Positions 37,702-51,101 are shown, counted from the first letter of the whole stretch. The stretch: 61,364 nt of DNA, filler included, from Dimargaris cristalligena (GCA_003614675.1; 9 parts of 9 records of this genome joined end to end with filler, not necessarily neighbours in it), one strand, 5' to 3'. Made by a program: numbers and translations. Notes: generated from the sequence alone by a model not told the origin.

Positions 37702-39707
37702 GGTGTGTAATTGTGGGAAGACGTTAAAGAAAATATAAATGAGTGAATTGTTTAGTGAGGGACTGGTTAAACTGCGAACGAAGAAATGCCAATATAGCTA
37801 GTATGGCTAACAAGTGGGGAAGGGTGGCGAGTAAGAGTTCCTAAAATGTTGGGCAAGCTGAAATGGGACAAACCCAATCGACCATAGCTATTATTTTTCT
37901 CCCATCGTAGAGGCTGAGGGCCCCTAGTGTTTTAGAATTTGGCGAATTACCGCAGTTAATTTCAGCCCCCACATACTCTGGGTCATATTCGTCATCGGGG
38001 TGGTATTGCGAAAAGATGCCAAAACAGTGGTAATGTATTTTTTGGCTACTCAAACTGTTTGTCCTGGTATGTGCCATATAGGGGAGAATTAGATAGAATA
38101 TATAAACGGCTTATCGAGTAGGAAATAATAAAGAAAGGTTTTTTGGAGCTAGGGGGGCGGGAGCACTTGGTTTTGATAACAACTGGCAGGACGGGGCGAT
38201 TTACCCTTACCGAGTTTTACAGCAGCTAGGGCCATTATCCAGGTGAGCTGTTACAGTATTAACGGGGCGGACTGCCCCACCGATATCGTAGAAGAACATG
38301 GATTTGTAACACACCGTCGGTATTTGGGCTGTGAGCCCAAGGACTGTGTCGCACTGCATGCAAATACAAGCAACCCATCTTGTCCAGTAGGGAGGGAGTA
38401 TACTCGGAATACGGCCCTTGCTATGGTTGGCTAGCTATCTACAAATCATTGGTCACTGTAGGGTTAGGGAAAAGGGGAAGTGGCTGGCAATCAAGCCGAA
38501 CCCTTGTCTCCTACACTCCGCTATTCGGTGAATAAATATTGGGTGCGGATGCGGCCATCGAGGCCTCCAAAGGCAGCTTTCTCAAGTCTTGTCAATGCAT
38601 GCTTGAACAGCGGGCAATGCGTAAAACGTCTTTTGTATCACCAGTGCATGGGGGCCATGGTAAATAGCAGCGATGGACAAGGTTTTCCTGGGCGCAGATA
38701 ACGGTCTCCAGCCCCATCTATAATCCTTAAAGTGGTACTGTTACGGGCTATATGGGGGTAAGTGTGATAGTGTTTTTAAATGGACTATTGAGTAGGGATA
38801 CTAAAGGAAGGGAACTTCCAAGGTCTAGGGGGGGGTGAGAGTTCTTGGTTTTGAAAACGCTCAATGGGGGGGGGGGAGTAAATTGTCACCTTCTGTTGGT
38901 TGCTGCAGCTTGAACTCCATTACATCGATGCATTAAATCCAATATTCCTACTGGCAATAATTCTAGCAGAGTACACTAAAGCGTTGGCTAGCTACAGTAT
39001 TGTTCTCAACTCTTATTCGAAAGAGGCATTGAACTACCTGCTATATATAACTAGTGGAATTTATAAATGCCACCGGCATTTTATTATTTATTAGCTTTAA
39101 TTATTAAGCTTAATAGACAAGCCCAAGGCCCACAAAAACCGAATTAGCCGGCCTGTAAATGCATAAAGGACATGTCGGAAAAATAGATTTCGAATGTAAA
39201 AATGAATGAAACTAAACATAGCGGCTGGTGGGAAGGAATAAACGATGGAGAAAGCGTCATTTTTGCAAATGTGGTTCTTTCCCCTCAATTATCATAATAG
39301 GGTTGTTAAATGAATGTATATTGGTATATCCAACATACCCAAAGTACCCCCTTTGAAATAAACCCAATTTCGATTATTTATTGGCTGTTTAATGGCCTTC
39401 TCTGTCCTTTTGCAGATTACACTTGTGTTGCTTGAGTGGAGTCCCCCTTTTCCATGTTAGCACCATTTTTTTTCTGTTTATAGTTGAGTTGGGCTTTCGG
39501 GATTTTTTTGTTTGGCTAACAGAATACACTTACATACATTTTCCGGTGGATATGCACTTGTACAAGCCTTGTTGACCATTGTAACCACGAAACAGACCTA
39601 AACGTCAAAATATTGGTGTATTTAATGGTACACAGTGTGACACCATGGAGGTTGTAAGTATTATTTACATGCTAGGGTCAATCCTTTGTATATTCCCGTA
39701 AAAACCA

Positions 39708-39849
39708 TATGGGAGAGATTCGGCCAGGCTTCATAACGAAAAATCCGCTAGAGGAGGAGAATATCATTGGTTAAAATTAAACCTCCTGTATATTTTCCGA
39801 TATGCACTTTGTTCAAAGTCTTTTACAGCTGGGCCAAATTTCACTCATA
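39708..39849 (+). mobile_element. ~140-bp MITE, copy 6
   Basis: TATGGGAGAGATTC...TACAGCTGGGCCAAATTTCACTCATA. Confidence 0.78.
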
Positions 39850-40071
39850 TATATATAGACATCACCCCCCCTCTTTTTGACATAGTACGCCTCTCTTAAT
39901 GTTCCTACAGTTGAGCACTGTCACATTTACACTATTTTAATATTTATTTCAAACATACTATATGCCTTTTGCCACAACTTTACATTATTATTACTAACTA
40001 GGGTAGTTCACTGGTTTTTTTCTTTTTGATTTTGTCTCAGCTAATATTACTTTAATATTCACTTTCTTCAA

Positions 40072-40656
40072 TGTCACCTAGGTTAACCACTCTTAGTCCA
40101 TCAAGAGTCCCAAGGATAGGCTTCCAACAGTAGGTGGGGCTTAGACTTAGCTAAGTGGGCTACTAGTATTAAGGTGGGTATAATACTAACTAATAAAGGA
40201 TAAGTGCAGGTAAATGCAAGGGACATGCAGTGGGTATACTTACTAGTTAGTACAAGGGGGGTGAGCATATATAGAGTTTATTAGGGTAAACTAGGGGGTA
40301 ATACTAAGTTAAGGAAACTAACCAGTCCACAATGGAGCCCAGTTATATATATGCAGGGGACAGCTCCAGCAGCAGGTCCCTAGGGGAAGGTACTCTTAAG
40401 ACTAATAATATGAAGAATAAACTGACTAGATAGCTGTGAAGACCTGGAAGACTCTAATAGTAACTGGAAGAGTCTTTGGATAACCTAATTGAGTGATTGG
40501 TGCAAAGGGCAGAGTCCAGAAGGGGAAGGGTTATATGATATAGAAGGATCCCATAGTACCAGGGGGAGACTATGGGAAGTTACATATGGTACTATATGGC
40601 CCAGTTGGGACAGACAATCACTATGCCTAGATTAAGACAGATTAGAAGGGTCAACA
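40072..40656 (-). mobile_element. LTR family A, complete 585-bp solo LTR with 5-bp target-site duplication
   Basis: TG...CA ends flanked by direct TTCAA at 40067-40071 and 40657-40661. Confidence 0.88.
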
Positions 40657-40685
40657 TTCAATACCTCTTTAGCAGCCATCCTAAA

Positions 40686-40898
40686 ATGTGTGTATTCAAA
40701 ATAGTTAGCCTTATACTGGCTTTCCTCTCCCTAAGCCATGCCTATGAAGAATTCAATGCCTATATTTCCTATCCCGGTGATTCCCCACTTAGTACTGGTG
40801 ATACTGACACAAATATTATCACCAAACCTCACAGTTTATGCTGCCAAGTCCCAAAAACAAATATTCACAATTATAAAGAACTGAACTCAAATCTTTGA
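40686..40898 (+). CDS. Possible small secreted protein or relic (70 aa)
   Basis: MCVFKIVSLILAFLSLSHA looks like a signal peptide; no other support, and the region is CpG-poor. Confidence 0.25.
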   Translation: MCVFKIVSLILAFLSLSHAYEEFNAYISYPGDSPLSTGDTDTNIITKPHSLCCQVPKTNIHNYKELNSNL

Positions 40899-40949
40899 AA
40901 ACTGAACTTTATTCAAAAAGATAGGTGATAAAAGGGAAAGGTGATAATA

Positions 40950-41049
40950 NNNNNNNNNNNNNNNNNNNNNNNNNNNNNNNNNNNNNNNNNNNNTTAATTA
41001 ATTAANNNNNNNNNNNNNNNNNNNNNNNNNNNNNNNNNNNNNNNNNNNN
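40950..41049. other. Artificial contig linker
   Basis: N44-TTAATTAATTAA-N44. Confidence 0.99.
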
Positions 41050-42299
41050 GGTTAGGCGGGGCTGATCGATCATTAATATAAACGGCTTCTTCGGCCAGCA
41101 TTTCAGCGTTTCTAACTTGATATCATGCTTTAATTATTATGTTTTTGACTATTTTTGTGCATCATCTATGTTAGTGGGCCAAGAGTTCCAAAACGCCCTA
41201 TGCCTTTGCGACGGTGACTGAGAATGAGAAAATGCGCGAGCATATTCAGCAGGACCTAGTTGAAATTGCCAAGGACTTTGGTCTGCAGGATTGCGAGATC
41301 CCCGCCTCGATTACATTCCTCAACCATCCCCTCAGTATTGAAAACACGATGCTCAAACCCGACCTGACGTAAGTAACTGAATACCTTATGGATACGATAC
41401 CGCTTATAAATATCGCCCATTGTTATAGCACGCCCCTCCCCGCTACTTGAGTTTACTACTGGAAGATTATATCTAGCCAACTAACTAGCTAGCCTATTTT
41501 TTTTTACTTGATCTGCGATTTTTTTACCCGTCTCGCATGCATCCTGGATTTATCTGCAAACAGTCTTAATCGCCAACTTATTGAGACCCTCTACAAATAG
41601 TCGAATAACGACCCCGGAATATACCGAGTTTTACCTTTCACAATCCGTTCGCCCTTCACCAAGGGTCACCTGTATTACAGCCTACCTTACAGCACTTTCA
41701 TTACGAATCAGAATAGCAATAAATTGTAAACTAAAGGAGAGATGGCCGAAGTAGTTATTATTATGTATGAGAGAATACCTAACTGTCCATAGTTGTTGAC
41801 CTGACGTTAAGACCAGCCCAGTTCACCTAATGTGGCTTAGAAGTGGGTTTGTCACGTGATCATTTACGATCTCTGATTCTGCACACACGTCCCCCACACT
41901 CGTACTTCCCCATCACTCCTCTAAACATGGTAGCGGGAATAGTCAGGATAAAGTTATGCTACAGCCAACCACAAATGATTAGCTGTTCCAAAAAGCCAAG
42001 AGTTAACAACAATGAGCCCATGCACAAACCGAGCTGAGTCATTCCCAGTTTAATGAAAAATATAATTCGCATTTGGCCGATATTGTAAACTGGCATTGCG
42101 GAGCAGCATCAGCGGTCCCTCTCCACTGACTTACTCTAGCTTGTTTATTATAGCACTTCTACCTACTAATTCATACCCATTACACCTTCCGCCTAAACGC
42201 GCCACATTGCCTTAGTTTATGACCCCCTTCTCCTCCCCCACTCCATTCCATTCCATTCCAGACACCATTTTCACCCTAATATTTCTATATTTAAGCGTT

Positions 42300-42685
42300 A
42301 TGGAGTCCAGCCGAACGTCTTCGTCAGCTGCAAAAGACGCTAATGACCCGCACGAGTTCACGATTCCCGAATGGGATTCCATAGAGGTACGTGGATATAC
42401 CCTTACTCGTCATACTCTTTCACCAACTCTTACTCCGACACCATGTAAAGGGTGTTTATCGCGTCGACTTCTTTTTGCATAGAGTGAAGGACGGTTGCCT
42501 GCCAATTCCAACCAAAATCGTTTGATAATGTTGATACTCCATTGATATCAATCGTGGCTCATCACCTGATTAACCCAGCATGGCCACAGGCTAAAGAGAT
42601 CACAGCTTTCCCAAAACCCCACTAAACCAGTAATTTTACTAAACTAATGGACACATTAAACTCCCCCCTACCACACATATACACG

Positions 42686-42716
<31 letters not shown>

Positions 42717-45700
42717 CTATCCCACTACAACTTAAAATAGACCTTTCAACCTCCTTATTTGGAGGTCGATGCTGCAACCGAAGCTCTGATCGCTGAAATG
42801 CTGGCCGAAGAAGCCGTTTATATTAATGATCGATCAGCCCCGCCTAACCGGAAACGTATCCAGGATTTTTTTGTCGATGACGATGACGGCGATTTAGATG
42901 ATGGCGATATTTTATTTAACCATAAGAAGCCCGGGATAGCCGCAGGTTCTCGGCGTCGCCAACAAACCGCGCCTATGGGCCAAAGTTCGCGAAAGAAGGA
43001 TAAAAAGCCGGGCAAGAATATATATACGCCAACCAGGCTGGATAATAGTCAGGACAATGACCGCTCCGGGTACCAGGACCAGGACCATGGAAACGATATC
43101 CCTAGCGACGATTATAAAAAGACGTTGGATAAACCCAACCGGAAACCCAAACCCCGCGCCATCCACCACCCCATAAAAGCCGGCGTTTCTTCAGCCGCCC
43201 TCCCATCCCACGGCAGTCGCTGGTCACCCGAGGAGGATCGGCGTCTCTTGCTCGGTATTCGCCAGCACGGGATGGGTCGCTGGCGCCCGATAGCCGACTA
43301 TGTGGGGACCCGCAATCCCCTACAGGTAAAAAATCGGGCCCGGCATCTTTTGGTATACAACAAACTCAAAGTAGATGCTGCTCATGTCCCTACTGGTGCC
43401 GATGTTGATGCTAATACTAATGCCCAGGCCCCATCTCCTCCCAAAAACATAAAGGTGGCTCCTCCTGTTGTCCTATCGCAGCGACCACCGAGTAAATCGA
43501 TTGAAAAACCCTCTGAAGTACAGACGACTACACAACGGCACGATACTTTATCCGACGAGGATGAGTTTATTGACCTAGGGATGGATTCGGATTCGGATAG
43601 CCCGAGTGCACCACTCACTCATCTAGAACCACTGTACCCGCCTCTTGGGTCACGCCAGTCCTTTAACATTTCCCCCCTCCAAGTCCCCATAACCTCGAAT
43701 GGCATTGATAACGATTCAAAAATGAATGGAATAAAAGCCCCCCGCCGGGCGGATCCACTGGCGGACATTACAAGCGATTTATCCGAACCAGAACTCTCCA
43801 TCACCGGCTCCCCACCGCTAACTCAACTATTAGGTCAACTGGCACCTCTCCCCAATTCCCCCTCTTCTAAGCCGGGTATATCCCCAGCCGAAGTTCCCTC
43901 GACCATGACGATACATTCCACGACCATTACCGATCGTGAACGCCAGGCCGTACCGGAATTCTTCCGGGGGAAGAGCAACAAAACCCCGGAGCGCTACCTG
44001 AAAATACGCAACTACATGCTCAATGCCTGGCGCGAGGTTCAGCCCAACTACCTAACTAAAGTGCGGGCTCGCCAGGGCTTGCGGGACTGTGGCGATGTCA
44101 ATGCCATCGGTCGAGTCCACACTTTTTTAGAGCAGATCGAGGCAATTAATCGCGATGCCATCATGTCCGCTGTATCACTGGGTAAACTGCAGGCCAAGGG
44201 GTCGGCTTCGTCGAATAAACCGGCAAACAGTGGGGTGGCCACCAAGCGGAATAACCCTCCCGCTAGATCTAGCGAGTCCCTGCCGCCGGAACGAAACCCC
44301 CGTCCAACGAATCCACATGGTCGCCCGCTTTCTCCCGTACCCAGTCTGGTTGGGAAAAGCACCCCACAGCAGTTAACGGCAACCCCGAAAACTACACCGA
44401 AACGAAAACCCAGCGTCGAAAAGACGGCTGCGGACCCATTGCCCGCGCCACTGGAATCGACGAGGGCAAAACGGCGGGCCACGAAGCAACCAATATTGGA
44501 ATCGGCCTCCGCCTACAATCCATTTTCCCTCGTACCCTTGGTTAAGAGTACATCGTCTACACCCGGAAACATTCGATTGTTCGTGCGATCACAGGTCATG
44601 GTAAGTTCAACTACTTTTACTTCTAGCCCGTTGGCCATATGCAGGCCAACCCCCTCCCCAGACCGCCTCCTAACTGCTGGTTCCCTGTAGGGCCATCAGT
44701 CAGCCTCCCTCACCCAATTCAATAATTTATATTCTGGGTTATATTGCATATTCTTATATATAATACCGGTATTAATATATTACCATTCCCTCCGATTAGG
44801 TCGTTATGGATTTTCACGCCCATCTGGCGCAAACTGAGATCATCGGACTGTTAGGCGGCACTTATGATAGTATCAGCCATACAATATCCATTGTAGCCGC
44901 ATTTCCGTGTCGTAGTATCAGTACCGGCTTCCAGGTAGGTGAGAAACGGAGGTGCGATCCAATCTAGGCGAAATTTTGTGCCTAAGCGGTACCATAAGAC
45001 CTGTATGCCAAACTAGCCTGTAACTTTTCACGTCCATCCGATCTCCGTTGTACTTTTTTTGTCTAATTTTGGCACTTTCAAAATTGAATTATCATCCACC
45101 TGACCTACATTTATTATCATCTATATTCCACTTGGTTTAACTTATGTATGGCCGCTACTGGCATGTCTGGACTCCTGGCCTACATCCCTAATGTCACTCC
45201 TAATTATAACCAACTATTTAGTGCGAAATGGATCCCTCCTCGGAAATGGAGGCCCGTGACGTATTTGCAACCCAACATCTATCTGTAGTCGGCTGGTATC
45301 ACTCGCACCCGACCTTCGACCCCGACCCATCGCTACGGGACATTGAGAACCAAACCTCCTACCAGGAACTGTTCCGCCGGACCGACGGAGCTGAACCATT
45401 CGTAGGGGCCATTATTTGTCCGTTCCACCCTCACCGGACGTTCGATGTGTCGGATATTCGGTTCTTCTTTGTGGGACAACAGTTGGACGCCACCCACGGG
45501 TGTCGAGTTCCCCTCCGCTCCCAGGTAGTGACGCCCATGGAAGAAGAGAATGTTTCGCCGGTGGAGGGAGCGGCGGTTGGGGTGGATTATGCTACCAACC
45601 TGTTTGACCAATTGTTGCAAATGGTCACCAACTATCGGAAATTCCCGCAGTAAGTAACCACCTATACAGCTAACCCTCCCCCCTCCGACTTCCCTTTCTT

Positions 45701-46652
45701 TTTTCCCCTAATGGTCAAAACATGTCAACATTCCGCCCGAGATAGATAGTGACACCGGTTTTCCCAACCTGGGTGATTATACATTACCCATTGCCCGAGA
45801 GCCCCATCCCCCTCCGTGATTAAGAGAACCGGGGTGAACTAAGGGAGAGAGGTGGCTGTATTGATAGTAGCAGTGCCTCTGGAGCTCGGTGCTGTTGTTT
45901 TTAACTAGGGGAAGGTTTGGGTGTTACAACTTACGACACAATGGGTACCACTTGTCCATTCGTTTGATCGGAAGGCGTTTTCAGGCCAACATACCGCTGC
46001 GAATATAGGGACAACGTATCCGTCGTCTTTGCACTCTGTCTCCTTGTGTACGTTTGGGAGGGACAGTTTTATTAGTTGACTCACTCTGGATGGGTTTGGG
46101 GGAGGGAGAGAGATGTAACAATAATGGGGCATGTTGCATTATAGCTGGTTGATTTTTTTTATATGTTTTGGTTACATTTATTTTACTCACACCCATCTTG
46201 CTCATTATTCTCTATCCGATGCCTTTACCCTTAGCCGTGTGGACCTAGCGGAGCCATACCCGACCCCTTCGTCACCACCCAAACTTCACAAGCTATTGAG
46301 CTCCCTACGCCACCACCTTCGTCTACCTCGCGACCAGGCCCTTACATTCGTGAAGCGGGTGGGTCAGCTGATCATTTCCGGGTTTGACTTGGCTATTTCG
46401 GATGGCGAGATGAATTACGTGAATGGTGGTAGCTCGCGTTTTCTGCAGGATGCAGCCTGGGATGATGGTGAGCTCGAGTTATCGATTGTGGACCTGGATG
46501 ATGATGTGACGGTAGGCTTATCGCCATGGTCTGGGACGAACAGTCATGATAAGGGCGGCGGCGAGGATGAAAATGTCGATGTTGATGTTGACCTCTCCAT
46601 TGATAGCCCTCCGCCGGAACCCGATGAAACCAGCGAGCCGGAAATTATGTAA
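42300..46652 (+). CDS. MYSM1: MYSM1-like Myb/SANT-SWIRM-MPN+(JAMM) deubiquitinase, ~975 aa; exons 42300-42386, 42741-44600, 44800-44934, 45222-45649, 46235-46652
   Basis: SANT RWSPEEDRRLLLGIRQHGMGRWRPIADYVGTRNPLQVKNRA; SWIRM PEFFRGKSNKTPERYLKIRNYML..DCGDVNAIGRVHTFLEQIEAIN; MPN MDFHAHLAQTEIIGLLGG..VGWYHSHPTFDPDPSLRDIENQ. Four GT-AG introns splice in frame (2928 nt). Confidence 0.9.
42686..42713 (+). repeat. (TA)14 microsatellite in MYSM1-like intron 1
   Basis: Direct read. Confidence 0.9.
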
Positions 46653-47760
46653 TAGCTTCACCGATGGAATGTAAAAAATAACGAAAAACAAAAACACGAC
46701 GAGTAGTTACACTGTCCATCCGTTCGTACACCGTCCAACGCATGTGTTTAGGCTCCCCATGACCATTATTTTAGAGCAGTGGCCAGCCCTCGCCTACCTA
46801 CAATTGGCATGTCTGTAAATACATCCATTAAAACATGTACCTGCTTCTTTCGAAATATCACCCACCACCTTTCACATCTGTGCTACAATACCTGCATATA
46901 TCAAATATATAACGGGAGTTCTTGGTACCTGCTTGAAGACCACCCCCTTTTCTGCCACCCTTACTATTAGAAACAACCCAAATAAATAGACATGCACCGA
47001 ATAATCGGAAAGTGCAAGAATGCAAGGGAAAAGAGAGAATGTCACTAGCAGAGACATTGGAGCATTGGGTATAGTTTGAAGACTTTACAACATATTCCCC
47101 TCTCCACGAAAATCCTACTCCAATTAATATTATTACTTGGCCTTTAAGTTTAATGGCACTGTGCCCAACATCCCTATATAAGTTTAGGGTGTGTCGGTAG
47201 GAGGGTCGGATAATGCCGACCAGGGCCACGACGGAAAATTGAGGGAAGCGAAGGCGAATACACTTCCCTTGAACACAGTTAAATATGCCACAAAGGACCC
47301 TGGGTGAACGACCAATAATTAGACGGCTAACGTACCGGGTAGTGGTAGAGGAGAAAGGGGGGCCGGGATGTTGCCAAGAAACGAGCGTCTCTTTGATATG
47401 TATATCCCCTCCGGTGAATTATATGGCACATGGTACAGCAGAGAGTGGCAATGGGCTCCTATTAGTCGAAATGCAGTTTATCCCCCTTTCCCATGCGGCT
47501 CACTAATTTATTTATCCATCGCGGCACTATACTTGAAGTGAAAATGCAACCTATCCAATAGGCCCCATATCTTATCATTCTGGGATTGGATGTATTGGTC
47601 CGATACGGCCATGCCTCGGAAACTCGACAAGGAATGGGATCGGAGGAATGGGTACCACCATTGGCGGTTGTTAAAAGCATAAATCAGTGATCAAAAGGGT
47701 TCGAATAAATAATACGGTCCGTCTATACCGAAAACGGAAAGGGATAAATGGAATAAGAGA

Positions 47761-47860
47761 NNNNNNNNNNNNNNNNNNNNNNNNNNNNNNNNNNNNNNNN
47801 NNNNTTAATTAATTAANNNNNNNNNNNNNNNNNNNNNNNNNNNNNNNNNNNNNNNNNNNN
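47761..47860. other. Artificial contig linker
   Basis: N44-TTAATTAATTAA-N44. Confidence 0.99.
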
Positions 47861-49613
47861 GGGGCGTCGTTGTGGTACTATTAGGTCAGTTACTTGCGAG
47901 ACCTTAGTACATTCTTAATCTAAACAGGGAGGGATATACAATATATAAAATAGTAGAAGTCAATATATAGTTATTATAATCCATTATGCGTTAGAATGAA
48001 ACAGCTGTATCTTAATGATAAACTCATCGGAAGCCTGTACATGGCTGTAGTAGCAGTGAGAGAAAGAACCAGCATAATTATTTGGAAGCAAATAGCCACC
48101 GCCCCAGTCCTCCTTTCATCCACCCTTTCACCAACTGTAGTATTGGCATTAATCATTACAATTGCCAAATGGTAGTGTAATAGTCGCCAATAGAGCAGTA
48201 TAAAAAGGGTACATGACCTCGCTTGTAGTAAAAATATAAACAATAAATATATAAAATAAATGTGAAACGTACCTTTTGTAAAACCCAATGGATGGGTTTT
48301 ATAATAGGGGCCTTGGGATCGGCCGTAGGGTAATCCCTACTGGGCCGATCCCCGCCCTTGGTTTTTAATAATTTAAACATAGTCATAAGTGGATGGTCGA
48401 TACAACTTAAAATATGGATTTGAATGCTCTGGGGGAGGGGGGCGTGTGCATTTATATATTTCCAGGGGTACAACTCCTGGCCCATCAATAACAGATGTGT
48501 TAGCTGGGGAATAGGGGTTTCACTTGCAAGAAAAAAACATCAGTGTGAATTGTTGAAGTTAACCTTTAATAATGCTTGATATAATATGATTGTCTAGTTA
48601 GTTTTTCCTTGAATTGTGCCTTCCCTTCCAATTGCAATTTAATACAATGGCAATGACTGCTGACACAGTGGTTTTACGCATCTGAATGGCAGGTCCTAAT
48701 CTTTTCCCTAAAGGTGGTGACCGTTTTGCCAACAATGATACTTCCCCTCCCCGTTTGAAGAAGCATTCATTCCATGAATAATAGTGTCTTTCCCTGTAGT
48801 AGTCAATAACAATTCGGTTATTCCCATTGATTTTTCCAACTAATTAATAACAAGGTACAACAATATTATCATCTATGTCCTCTTGCTAACGTGGTCTTTT
48901 ATTCCCAATTTTGAACCCTTTCTTTCATGTATCCCACGCTCTCATTGTCTAGCTAGATATGGTATCCATTTTTCCCACCCCCCAAGTCTTGTTAATGTCT
49001 AAGTACAATGCCAATGCTATTATTTCTTCGAGGAATGGCCTCAGCAAGCCAAGTTTGGGTAGATTAGGGGTTACCACAGGTTATAAGAATGTGTTGTAAA
49101 ACTGATGGGCGTTGTTTTATTGTAAAATCTAGAATGTTGCCTAGCATAAACATCTGGGAGTGTTTATTTTCTCTTTTGTGCAACTTGACACTTCATTTCA
49201 GAGCCCCCATCCATATTGACAGGGGATACCACAATGGATTTTACATTTCCCATTAATAAGTACTTCAAACATTCCAAGCATTAAAATTGGAATAGTTAAA
49301 TGTAGCCCCTGATATATTAATGTTTCAAACAATATAGAAGGTGTATCATAAGATTATAATAACAATGGGTAGTTTAATTGACCCCAACACACAAGCCCTG
49401 GTCTTAGTAGTGCCTAATAATTACTGTTCAAATGATTGGCCAGGCTATTTATACCAATTGCTTGTAAATGCTATTGTGGCTGGCTGGGGTTTTCAGTATA
49501 GAGTTTTTTTAGATTTCCATTCTGAGTTATACTGAGAGCACATTTGTAATATTATACAGTCTAGGAGTGATTATAATGACTGATACAGCTATTTGTAGTT
49601 AGGATATATGCCT

Positions 49614-49860
49614 TGTCACCCAGGTTAACCACTCTTAGTCTGTCAAGAGTCCTGAGGATAGGCTTCTTATGGTAGATGGGGCTTAGACTTGGCCAAGTGT
49701 GTCCTGGCACTAAGTAGGGGCATGGTACTAACTAATAAAGGCTATAAATGCAGAGTCAGGCAAGGGACATGCAGCAGGCATACTTACTAGTTAGTCTAAA
49801 GGGAGTGAGGATATATATTGTTTATTTAGGATAAACTAAGGGGGTAAGAATATGCTAAGG
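49614..49860 (-). mobile_element. LTR family A, decayed 3' fragment
   Basis: tgtcacccaggttaaccactcttagtc...ggggtaagaatatgctaagg. Confidence 0.8.
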
Positions 49861-50877
49861 ATTTCATTTTTAAAAGACTCATTATGTTAATAGAGGGGAA
49901 AGAAAAAAATTTCTGTAAAAATATTCTTTTCCCTGAAGTAGAAAGGGAAAATTTCTATGCAAAAATTTATTTCTCTATCTTTCTCCTTCTTTTATTCCTT
50001 TGTGAATAAAAGTTAGGTAGTGATTGTTTTATTATCAGGTCTCTATACTAACTGAATACTTATCTTGTCCCCTTTAGGGTCCTTCAGACTCCCTATACTT
50101 CGATTTAGTGCCTATAGTTCTACCCCATTAAAAACTCTCTAACAATTTGCCCTACCTCGTGTGGCTTTCCAGTAGTATTTTGTCTTGGTTCTTTGAAGGG
50201 CGAGTTAACCCCAGGGGATTCTCCTTAAGGAACAGATCAATGAGTGTCAAGGATCCATGTTAGTCAATCACCATAGTCAGAACCTCTGGGATCAACAACT
50301 CCCCAACATCTTTTGTCACCCCTTCATCACTTCCGTCCCACAATGTACACCCAGGACCATCAGCCTATAAGTCAGTGGGCTGATTACCTCCTCCCATCTT
50401 TACCCTTACCCGCCATGTCCTACCTCATCCACACCCATTGTGATACCTATGCTGCCAGTATGGCCCTTGAGTCCTGTGAAGAATATCTGGTTGGTCGAAC
50501 ACCAGGGTCACTCACCGTTACTGGGCTAGCATATGCTGCATCCAATAATCCTAGTCTTGCTAGTGGTCCCCGAGTAGATTATTTAGTGGGGATTCTAGCT
50601 GGTGAAGTGGCTGGTACTCTATTATTGTGTTTAACCCTTAATCAAATAAAGGTATTTGGTGGTATTAAGGTTACCAACACCTTTCAAATGATGTGTGAAA
50701 GTAACTTGGCATTGAATAGCTTACTGCTTTTGTGTGCTGCCATGGGCAGCCGGGACAAGATTGTGTAAGCACCAGTACCAGTTACCAATCTAGAAAGTAG
50801 TAATACTTTGGGTGAATTTGAGATCACCAGATGATTGACAAGTCAGTTCCATGGGAATAGTCTAGGGCCAAACTTAT

Positions 50878-51101
50878 TGTTGAAATACTAAGGACTTAAA
50901 GGAAATAAAACTGGAAGAAAGGGAAGAAATTAGCTAGAGGATGGTAGGTACCTCTAGGTGGTTAGTTTTATTAAATTGTAATTTTCTGTGGGGTGAAATA
51001 TAAGTGATTAACATAAATGATCTCATGATAGCAGAATAAACTAGCATAATTGGATAAAAATAGGATAGAATAAAGAACACATAGGCACATATTCTTCAAC
51101 A
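50878..51101 (-). repeat. 3' LTR (224 bp) of the copia element
   Basis: TGTTGAA...TTCAACA termini; polypurine tract AAAGGGGAA (51110-51102) directly upstream on the minus strand. Confidence 0.8.

Noticed and set aside
50313..50768. 151-aa ORF next to the copia LTR
   Set aside because: Non-ATG start, no motif, CpG-poor; probably another decayed repeat that I cannot classify.
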